From positions 1 through 32,438 of the forward strand of contig CAXTIY010000002.1 in assembly GCA_964244215.1 (NCBI GenBank): 32,438 bases of DNA, in the 5' to 3' direction. The notes below the pieces were generated by a model. That model was not told where the DNA came from and searched no databases. It saw only the letters and a program-made list of their open reading frames with translations. The stretch comes from an uncultured bacterium (lineage in GTDB: Bacteria > Vulcanimicrobiota > Vulcanimicrobiia > Vulcanimicrobiales > Vulcanimicrobiaceae). Below, piece by piece: positions 8,629-15,227 of this stretch (its first letter is position 1; each line of letters starts with the position of its first letter). A program made the position numbers and the translations under genes.

Positions 8629-9471
8629 CTAAGAAGATGCTGGTCGATTCATCGCCGAGGTTCCGGGCCCCGGCCCGCTCGTGAACGAGCGGAACGTCGA
8701 TTCGCGGACGAACGCGAGAATCGCGGCCCCGAGACCGACGAGCGCGACGACCGCAAAGACGGCCCAGCCGACCACGGGCAACGATTCTGCCGCCGTGATG
8801 ACGACGAGACCGACCGCCAGCGCTGCGAGCGGAGTCGGCGTGGCCGTCGGGCGCAGCATTTCGTAAAGGCGCCGGCCCAGCAGCAGTCCGAGCGCGGCGT
8901 TCCCGATCCAAAGGCCCGCGCACAGCACGGCCGCTTCGATTGGAATGAGTGGAATTCCGATAACGCTCAGCGCCAACAGCACGCAGATCGGCAGCGCGGC
9001 GACCGTCACGACCGCCCCCGTAATGCCGGAGAGCCCGGGATGCTTCTCCACGCGGTCCATTGCGATCCGCACGCGTAGCGGAAAGAGAAGGAACGCGAAT
9101 GCGACGACCACGTCCCAAGCAAGTTTCTTGAAAAAGCCGCGATCTTGCGCGAAGTTGCCGGTTGCGACCGGGCCGAACCATGGCAGCGATTCAAAATCGC
9201 CCGCCGTCGCGACCCGGCCGTCGATTTGGCAGCCGTCGTCTTGTTCGAAATGGCCGAAGAACGTATGCACGTCTCCATGGATTTGCGCGCCGTCATCGCA
9301 CGTTACCGTGCCGAAAACGACGTCGAGATTGCCATCGATCTCGTCGCCGTCGTTGAGCTCGAGATTGCTGAACCAGACGATCTTGCCTTCGTGGCTCTGC
9401 GCCGATGCAGCCGACGCCGTGAAGCCGAGGCACGTCGCGAAAGCGAAGACCAGAAGCGCGAGGCGGCGCAT
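8629..9471 (-). CDS. membrane protein with an exported beta-helix (polymer-forming/bactofilin-like repeat) domain and a polytopic C-terminal region
   Basis: The start is placed at ATG 9471-9469, which overlaps the anti-sigma TGA by 1 nt (TGATG). Signal peptide MRRLALLVFAFATCLGFTASAASA. Repeat-like GDEIDGNLDVVFGTVTCDDGAQIHGDVHTFFGHFEQDDGCQIDGRV, followed by 4-5 hydrophobic helices. Confidence 0.6.
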   Translation of the reverse strand: MRRLALLVFAFATCLGFTASAASAQSHEGKIVWFSNLELNDGDEIDGNLDVVFGTVTCDDGAQIHGDVHTFFGHFEQDDGCQIDGRVATAGDFESLPWFGPVATGNFAQDRGFFKKLAWDVVVAFAFLLFPLRVRIAMDRVEKHPGLSGITGAVVTVAALPICVLLALSVIGIPLIPIEAAVLCAGLWIGNAALGLLLGRRLYEMLRPTATPTPLAALAVGLVVITAAESLPVVGWAVFAVVALVGLGAAILAFVRESTFRSFTSGPGPGTSAMNRPASS

Positions 9472-10025
9472 CAGCAAAGCTCCGTCGCTCGCGCGCTCGC
9501 GCCGCGCCGGGAGCGGCGGAAGGCGTATAGCAGCGCGACGCACCCCGCCACCACGAGATCGGCCCCGAGCAAACCGCCCATGGCGGCCGTGACGTCGAAG
9601 GTTTCGCCACCGAAGGTGCGGCTGGTCACGTGCGAGAGCGATTGAAGGCTCGCGCCGGCATGGGTGAAGCCCTCACCGATCGTTGCAAGCATGGCTCGTG
9701 CCTGGACGCCACCGAATAAGAGGAACGCACCGATCGTGACCCAGCCGAACGCGACGTACGTGCCGAGCACGGCCAGGAGCGAGGTGCGATGGTGGCGCGG
9801 CGGCGGCAGCGAGCGCACCTCGGCCATCACCGCAAATGTGAAATTCGGAGCCGGTTCGAGCTTACGCGGCGCGAGCAGCAACGCATCGATAACGCGGTAT
9901 TCGGCGAGCAGCGCGGCACACGCGGGGCACGCCTCGGCATGGTTCTCGAAGCGCATCCGAGCGGAAGCCGTAAGCGTGCCCTCGACGTATTCGTCGAGGG
10001 AATCGTTAAAAGACGAGCAGCGCAC
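9471..10025 (-). CDS. membrane-bound zinc-finger (ZAS/zf-HC2) anti-sigma factor
   Basis: 184 aa. GTG 10025 is preceded by AGGAG with a 6-nt spacer. The H-x3-C-x2-C motif (HAEACPACAAL) is near the N-terminus, followed by two hydrophobic helices. It lies immediately downstream of the ECF sigma gene and overlaps it by 20 nt. Confidence 0.8.
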   Translation of the reverse strand: MRCSSFNDSLDEYVEGTLTASARMRFENHAEACPACAALLAEYRVIDALLLAPRKLEPAPNFTFAVMAEVRSLPPPRHHRTSLLAVLGTYVAFGWVTIGAFLLFGGVQARAMLATIGEGFTHAGASLQSLSHVTSRTFGGETFDVTAAMGGLLGADLVVAGCVALLYAFRRSRRGASARATELC

Positions 10026-10650
10026 GTGGTGCTCCTAAGGGCTTATCCGTACGCGAGAGTGCGGCGACCGCAGACTCTTCCCGGTCGCGTAATTTTTGCG
10101 CGAGGGCGAGCTTGCCGCGATGGATCAACGTCTTGACGTTGCCGAGCGAAAGCCCGAGGGTTTCTGCGATCGTTTGATATTCCATGTTGTCGTAATAGCG
10201 TAACGAGAGGACGGTGCGCGTGCGTTCCGGCAGTTCCGCGAGCGCCGCGCGCACGCCGGCCTCGGCTTCGGCACGCAAGATGCCGCCCGCAGGATCGGCG
10301 CTCGGTGACGTATCGGGAAGCGCCGTCTCGAGGCTGCGTTCTTCGCCGAGATCGACGCAGGGAGGGCGGCGCAGCGATTTGCCGAGATGCGTGCGCACGA
10401 CGTTGCGGGCGATGTGGTAGATCCAGGTGGAAAAGCGCCCGAGACTCGGATTGAACGTGCCGAGGTGGGCGTATGCCCGCATGAACGTTTCTTGCGTGAG
10501 ATCCGCTACGTCCGAGGGACCGCGCACGCTCGCGCCGATAAAATTTGTGATACCGCGTTTGTAACGGTCGACTAAGACGGCAAAGCAGTCGCTGTTGCCG
10601 CCGAGTACGAGCTGGATCAACTGCTCGTCGTCCTGCTCTGCGATCGCCAT
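10006..10650 (-). CDS. ECF-type RNA polymerase sigma factor (sigma-70 family, group 4)
   Basis: The start is moved to ATG 10650, directly preceded by GAGGAGGA (10651-10658). 214 aa. Region 2 (FAVLVDRYKRGITNFI...DVADLTQETFMRAYAHL) and region 4 (LPERTRTVLSLRYYDNMEYQTIAETLGLSLGNVKTLIHRGKLAL). Confidence 0.9.
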   Translation of the reverse strand: MAIAEQDDEQLIQLVLGGNSDCFAVLVDRYKRGITNFIGASVRGPSDVADLTQETFMRAYAHLGTFNPSLGRFSTWIYHIARNVVRTHLGKSLRRPPCVDLGEERSLETALPDTSPSADPAGGILRAEAEAGVRAALAELPERTRTVLSLRYYDNMEYQTIAETLGLSLGNVKTLIHRGKLALAQKLRDREESAVAALSRTDKPLGAPRALLVF

Positions 10651-10763
10651 TCCTCCTCGCCTCTTTCTTGTGGCTAGATTACCGGTCGGCGCGTCATAAG
10701 TTTCGCACGCGTAAGAGCGCCCAAAGACTTCCGGCACGCCGTCGGGAACGACATTGCAGTTCC

Positions 10764-12317
10764 ATGCAACTCCGAATCGATACGGGGCTCGTCGGTGAAG
10801 CGCGCGCACTCGCGCTCGCGATCTCGGGGCCTATAAATGACTTCATCGCCGCGCACTCGACCGTCTCCGTCGAGCGCGCCGTGCTGCGGTTGCTCGGCAT
10901 CGACGGCGTCGGACGCGACGATATTCCGTTGCCGAACCTCGTCGCCGAACGCCTGGGCGCCGAGCGTTTGCGCGGCGGCGCGGCGCGACCGATCGGAGCG
11001 CTCGTGGCGCAAACCGGCCGTACGGCAGACGACGTGGCAGCCGCCCTCGGCGACGGCTCGCTCGACGCGGCCGCGGGCGACGACGTTCCCGAGATTGCGG
11101 CACGGGTGGCTTTGGAGAGGACGATCGCGCGCGCGCTCGGCCGTATCGACGCACGCCGCGAGGAACGTGGACGGCTAGTCGCCGCCTACCCGCAATTACC
11201 GCCGCCGCTGCTGTACGTGATCGTGGCGAGCGGCAACATCTACGAAGACCGGACGGCCGCGATCGCGGCGGCGGAAGCGGGCGCGCAGATCATCGCGGTG
11301 ATCCGCTCGACGGGGCAATCGTTGCTCGATTTCGTGCCGTACGGCGCGACGACCGAAGGCTTCGGCGGCACATACGCGACGCAAGAAAATTTTCGCATCA
11401 TGCGCGAGGCGCTCGACGCGGTCTCGCAGCGTCTCGGCCGTTACGTAATGCTCACGAATTACGCGAGCGGCCTCTGCATGCCCGAGATCGCAACGATGGC
11501 GGCGCTCGAGCGGCTCGACATGCTGCTCAACGACTCGATGTACGGGATACTTTTTCGCGACATCAATATGAAGCGCACGTTCGTCGATCAGCACTTCTCG
11601 CGCATGCTCAACGCCCGCTCGGGCATCATCATCAATACGGGCGAAGATAATTATCTTACCACGGCCGACGCCGTCGAACAGGCGCCCGCGGTGCTCGCTT
11701 CGCAATTCATCAACGAAGCATTCGCGCATCGCGCGGGTATGCCGAACGCGCAGATCGGCCTCGGCGACGCTTACGAAATCGACCCGTCGCTCGAAGACGG
11801 TTTTCTCTACGCCATCGCGCAAGCGCAACTCGCGCGGCAAGTCTTCCCCGATGCGCCGCTTAAATATATGCCGCCGACGAAGCACATGACGGGCGACGTT
11901 TTTAAGGGACATCTCATCGACGCGATGTTCAACCTGACGTCGGTCATGACGAAGCAGACGATTCATCTTTGCGGCATGATGACGGAAGCCATTCATACGC
12001 CGTTTCTCGGCGATCGCGCGCTCGCGCTCGAAAATGCGCGTTACGTGATGTCGACGGCGCGCCATCTCGGCGACGATATCGAATTCAAGCGCGACGGCGT
12101 CGTCGAGCGCCGCGCGCAGAGCGTCTTGCGCGACGCGCACGCGTTGCTCGAGCGTGTGGCGGATCTCGGCTTGATGGCCGCGATCGATGCGAAGACGTTC
12201 GCCGACGTGAAGCGTTCGCCCGACGGCGGGCGCGGCTTCGACGGCGTGTTCGAGCGGGCGGCGGACTATTGGAACCCGTTCGCGGAAGCCCTCGCACCCG
12301 AGGCGCTCGCGCGGTGA
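10764..12317 (+). CDS. kamD: lysine 5,6-aminomutase alpha subunit (TIM-barrel subunit)
   Basis: 517 aa from ATG 10764. HSTVSVERAVLRLLGIDGV near the N-terminus, and the overall length and conservation fit KamD. Its partner, the B12-binding subunit gene, lies downstream. Confidence 0.8.
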   Translation: MQLRIDTGLVGEARALALAISGPINDFIAAHSTVSVERAVLRLLGIDGVGRDDIPLPNLVAERLGAERLRGGAARPIGALVAQTGRTADDVAAALGDGSLDAAAGDDVPEIAARVALERTIARALGRIDARREERGRLVAAYPQLPPPLLYVIVASGNIYEDRTAAIAAAEAGAQIIAVIRSTGQSLLDFVPYGATTEGFGGTYATQENFRIMREALDAVSQRLGRYVMLTNYASGLCMPEIATMAALERLDMLLNDSMYGILFRDINMKRTFVDQHFSRMLNARSGIIINTGEDNYLTTADAVEQAPAVLASQFINEAFAHRAGMPNAQIGLGDAYEIDPSLEDGFLYAIAQAQLARQVFPDAPLKYMPPTKHMTGDVFKGHLIDAMFNLTSVMTKQTIHLCGMMTEAIHTPFLGDRALALENARYVMSTARHLGDDIEFKRDGVVERRAQSVLRDAHALLERVADLGLMAAIDAKTFADVKRSPDGGRGFDGVFERAADYWNPFAEALAPEALAR

Positions 12318-12318
12318 G
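12309..12318. repeat. left copy of the 10-bp direct repeat GCGCGGTGAG at the kamD / cassette junction
   Basis: Exact 10-mer containing the kamD TGA (12315-12317) and the GTG of the next gene (12314-12316). An identical 10-mer lies at 14481-14490. Confidence 0.9.
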
Positions 12319-13495
12319 TGGGCTGGAATTGCAGAAAATACTTGAGCGGGGCGAATCACAGCGCGCTGAATTCAAGGAAAACACGAAGGCGGCATTACGC
12401 GAAGCGGTCTGTGCGCTCGCCAACGATCTTGAAGGGAGCGACGAAGTCGGGTATCTGCTGGTTGGCATAAACGACGTCGGACGTTTCTGCGGAGTCGCAA
12501 TCGACGATACCATGCTTGAGATCCTTGCGCAGATTCGCTCCGATGGGGCACTACAACCGCTGCCGAGCATTTCTGTCGAGCGGGTTGAGTTAGGCGGTGA
12601 TTCATGTGCCGTCGTGCATGTGCGCCCTTGTGATGACCCGCCGATGCGTTATCGAGGGCGCGTCTGGGTTCGTGTCGGATCAACGACGCAGATTGCAAGC
12701 CCGCAGGATGAGCGCGTCCTTGTCGAGCGGCGACGCCGTACAAACCTGCCGTTTGACCATAGAGTGGCCGAGAGTGCTACTCTTGATGACCTGGCTATCG
12801 ACTTCTTCGAGAAAACCTATCTGCCGGCGGCGTATGCTCCCGAAATCTTGCAAGCAAATGGTCGAACGATCTTCGCACAACTAGAAGCTCTGCGCTTCGC
12901 CTTCAAAGAACTTCCTACAGTTGGCGGAATTTTGGTGAGCGGGGCTGATCCTCTACGTTTCGTTCCCGGCGCATACTTGCAGTTCGTAGTCTTCGCGGGT
13001 AAAGATGTAACCAGCGGCATCGTCGATGAGAAGGTTGCATCCGGCCGCATCGACTCCATCGCTACGGCGGCGCTAGAGCTTCTTCGTCTCACGCTTGCTG
13101 TTTCTCTTCGACAAGAGGAAGGCGAGCGAGATGTTAAAGTGCCTCGCTATCCCCTTGTGGCATTAACGGAAATTACTATCAACGCATTGATGCATCGCAA
13201 CTATGATGGAACGAATGCGCCAGTGCGAGTCTATGCCTTCGCTGATAGAATCGAGATTTCAAATCCCGGCGGTCCATTCGGAACTGTCAATAAGTCAACG
13301 TTCGGCCAGCGCGGCATCACGGATTACCGCAATCCCATTCTTGCGGATGCATTAAAGACGCTCGGCTTTGCCCAACGCTTCGGATACGGTATCGAGGCGT
13401 CACGCAAGGCACTTCGGGCGAATGGCAATCCAGAACCTCGCTTTGAAGTCGAACGTGATTTCGTGAACGTAGTCATCGGAGCTGCGAATGCCTAG
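12314..13495 (+). CDS. AlbA_2 (Schlafen-like, 'divergent AAA') + HATPase_c_4 domain protein, often annotated as a RecG-like putative DNA-binding or ATP-binding protein
   Basis: GTG 12314 overlaps the kamD stop (GTGA). 393 aa. N-terminal ERGESQRAEFKE...GYLLVGINDVG...AVVHVRP...PMRYRGRVWVRVGSTT has the AlbA_2 pattern. C-terminal EITINALMHRNYDGTNAPVRVYAFADRIEISNPGGPFG...DYRNPILADALKTLGFAQRFGYGI has the HATPase_c_4 pattern. The gene has lower GC than its flanks. Confidence 0.7.
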   Translation: MSGLELQKILERGESQRAEFKENTKAALREAVCALANDLEGSDEVGYLLVGINDVGRFCGVAIDDTMLEILAQIRSDGALQPLPSISVERVELGGDSCAVVHVRPCDDPPMRYRGRVWVRVGSTTQIASPQDERVLVERRRRTNLPFDHRVAESATLDDLAIDFFEKTYLPAAYAPEILQANGRTIFAQLEALRFAFKELPTVGGILVSGADPLRFVPGAYLQFVVFAGKDVTSGIVDEKVASGRIDSIATAALELLRLTLAVSLRQEEGERDVKVPRYPLVALTEITINALMHRNYDGTNAPVRVYAFADRIEISNPGGPFGTVNKSTFGQRGITDYRNPILADALKTLGFAQRFGYGIEASRKALRANGNPEPRFEVERDFVNVVIGAANA

Positions 13496-14489
13496 CATCG
13501 CATTCTTCAACAACAAGGGTGGCGTCGGTAAAACGACCTTAGTTTACCACTTGGCTGCCATGTTTTCCGATTTGGGCGTTCGCGTTCTGGCTGTCGATTT
13601 GGACCCACAAGCCAACCTGAGCGCTATGTGTCTTCCCGAAGAAGATTTCCTAAAAATGTGGCCGGATGGGCCACACCCCGATACGCTCTTTGGTGCCGTC
13701 GCACCGATTATGGAGGGCACGGGTGATATAGCGCCGGTTTTCATTAGCGAGATAGATCCCGCTTTTGGATTGCTCGCGGGAGACTTGAGTCTTAGTTCCT
13801 TCGAGGGCGATCTCGCGCAGGCTTGGCCGAACGTGCTCGATAGACGCATCAACGCTGTTAGGCAAACAACGGCTTTCGCCCGGATTATCGAGGCGGCACG
13901 CGCCGAGTGGTCTGCTGACCTCGTACTTATTGATGTTGGTCCAAATCTCGGAGCGTTGAACCGAGCCGCTCTTTTATCAGCTACGCATGTTATAACGCCG
14001 CTAGCACCGGATCTTTTTTCGCTTCAAGGTCTGCGCAATCTTGGTCCCGCGCTCTCGTCTTGGCGTGAAGAGTGGAAAGAACGCTACGATCGTAATCTCA
14101 ACCGCGGCGTGTCCTTGCCGGTCGGAGCGATGCAACCACTCGGCTATATAGTTCTTCAACACGCCATGCGTCTCGATCGACCGGTTCAAGCTTACGGTCG
14201 TTGGATGGAGCAAATTCCAGGCGCTTTTCAACATGAAATCATGGATCGGGCAGGCGTTTCGCCGCTTCATGGACCGCTTGCTTTAGCGACCCTGAAAAAT
14301 TATCGTAGTTTGATGCCCCTCGCTATGGAAGCTCGCAAGCCAATGTTTGCATTACGTCCTGCAGATGGAGCGCTCGGGGCGCAACAACAGGCCGTCAGTC
14401 GCTGTTACGAAGATTTTCGAACCCTTGCAATGAACATCGCAGATCGGTTGGAGATCGATGTTCCTGTAGCGCATGGCGTTGCGCGGTGA
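13488..14489 (+). CDS. ParA/MinD-family P-loop ATPase with an extended C-terminal region
   Basis: 333 aa. Deviant Walker A IAFFNNKGGVGKTTLVYHLA, then VLAVDLDPQANLS, and Walker B-like DLVLIDVGPNLG. ATG 13488 overlaps the upstream stop by 8 nt. The TGA overlaps the kamE GTG. GC is lower than in the flanks. Confidence 0.8.
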   Translation: MPSIAFFNNKGGVGKTTLVYHLAAMFSDLGVRVLAVDLDPQANLSAMCLPEEDFLKMWPDGPHPDTLFGAVAPIMEGTGDIAPVFISEIDPAFGLLAGDLSLSSFEGDLAQAWPNVLDRRINAVRQTTAFARIIEAARAEWSADLVLIDVGPNLGALNRAALLSATHVITPLAPDLFSLQGLRNLGPALSSWREEWKERYDRNLNRGVSLPVGAMQPLGYIVLQHAMRLDRPVQAYGRWMEQIPGAFQHEIMDRAGVSPLHGPLALATLKNYRSLMPLAMEARKPMFALRPADGALGAQQQAVSRCYEDFRTLAMNIADRLEIDVPVAHGVAR

Positions 14490-14490
14490 G
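14481..14490. repeat. right copy of the 10-bp direct repeat GCGCGGTGAG at the cassette / kamE junction
   Basis: Exact 10-mer containing the ParA-like TGA (14487-14489) and the kamE GTG (14486-14488). Confidence 0.9.
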
Positions 14491-15223
14491 CGGACTCGTT
14501 AAGCCCTACGGCGATACGCGCGACGACGGCAAGGTGCAACTCTCGTTCACGCTGCCGCTCGAATGGAGCGAAGCGGCCGACGAAGCGGCGCGGCAGCTCG
14601 TTGCGAAGATGGGTTTTTCGGAAGTCGCGGTCGCCGAAGGTCGGCCGATCGCGACCGGGTTTTCGTTTTTTATCGTGTACGCGAGTACGCCCGTCGCGAT
14701 CGACGCGAGCGCGATCGTCGCGCCGTCGGCGAAATCGCACGCGATGTCGATGGACGAAATCGACGAGTTCGTGCGCGAGCGGCTCGGCCGTAAGATACGC
14801 ATCGCGGGCGCGTGCATCGGCACCGACGCCCACACGGTCGGCATCGATGCGATCCTCAATATGAAAGGGTATAAGGGCGATTACGGGCTCGAGCGTTATA
14901 AAGAATTCGTCACGTTCAATCTCGGCAGTCAAGTTTCGGTCGAGGCGCTCGTCGCGTTCGCCAAAAGCGAGCGAATAGATGCGTTGCTCGCATCGCAGGT
15001 CGTTACGCAGAAGGGTAGCGACGTTGCGAATTTTACCGCGCTTTCCGAATTACTCGAAGCCGAAGGTATGCGCGACGAAGTGCTGCTAATCGCCGGAGGG
15101 CCGCGCATGACGAACCTGCTCGCGACGGAGCTCGGTTACGACGCGGGCTTCGGGCGCGGCACCGTGCCGAGCGACGTCGCCGCGTTCGTCGCGCAACGCA
15201 TGGCCGAGCGCGTTACGGTTTAA
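14486..15223 (+). CDS. kamE: lysine 5,6-aminomutase beta subunit (cobalamin- and PLP-binding)
   Basis: 245 aa. KPYGDTRDDGKVQLSFTLPL N-terminus, base-off B12 motif GTDAHTVGID (DxHxxG), and the PLP-lysine region LNMKGYKGDYGLERY. Confidence 0.85.
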   Translation: MSGLVKPYGDTRDDGKVQLSFTLPLEWSEAADEAARQLVAKMGFSEVAVAEGRPIATGFSFFIVYASTPVAIDASAIVAPSAKSHAMSMDEIDEFVRERLGRKIRIAGACIGTDAHTVGIDAILNMKGYKGDYGLERYKEFVTFNLGSQVSVEALVAFAKSERIDALLASQVVTQKGSDVANFTALSELLEAEGMRDEVLLIAGGPRMTNLLATELGYDAGFGRGTVPSDVAAFVAQRMAERVTV

Positions 15224-15227
15224 ACGT

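Noticed and set aside
10651-10763. Possible cobalamin riboswitch upstream of the B12-dependent kamD, and also in the 25200-25389 leader of the TonB-dependent-like receptor
   Set aside because: The kamD leader is only 113 nt, too short for this riboswitch class. I found no B12-box-like (GCCACTG) core or the flanking conserved GGGAA/GGTGAAA segments in either region. An Infernal scan would be needed to be certain.
10741-10763. GGAAC...GTTCC inverted repeat just before the kamD ATG, and a GGAAG-N18-CGTG string on the minus strand as a possible ECF-type promoter of the sigma gene
   Set aside because: The stem is only 5 bp. The minus-strand string does not fit the GGAAC-N16/17-CGT spacing and sequence well enough to claim an ECF promoter.
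11969-12313. Upstream 115 codons of the 508-aa track ORF, which would give the AlbA_2 protein a long N-terminal extension
   Set aside because: This part is an out-of-frame read-through of the kamD coding sequence and is Arg-rich. The AlbA_2 homology starts right after GTG 12314, which forms a GTGA overlap with the kamD stop. For the same reason I trimmed the track ORF starts at 5324, 7431, 9543, 10668, 10809, 21208, 22155, 23368 and 23808.
11196-12359. 387-aa ORF antisense to kamD
   Set aside because: The translation is Arg/His/Asp-rich and low in complexity, with no motifs. It lies entirely opposite a gene with strong homology. This is a typical shadow ORF of high-GC DNA.
12319-14480. IS element, integron cassette (attC) or terminal inverted repeats as an explanation for the kamDE insertion
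   Set aside because: The two ends show no inverted-repeat similarity when the right end is reverse-complemented against the left. There is no transposase or integrase ORF, and I saw no attC-like imperfect palindrome before the right junction. The insertion mechanism stays open.
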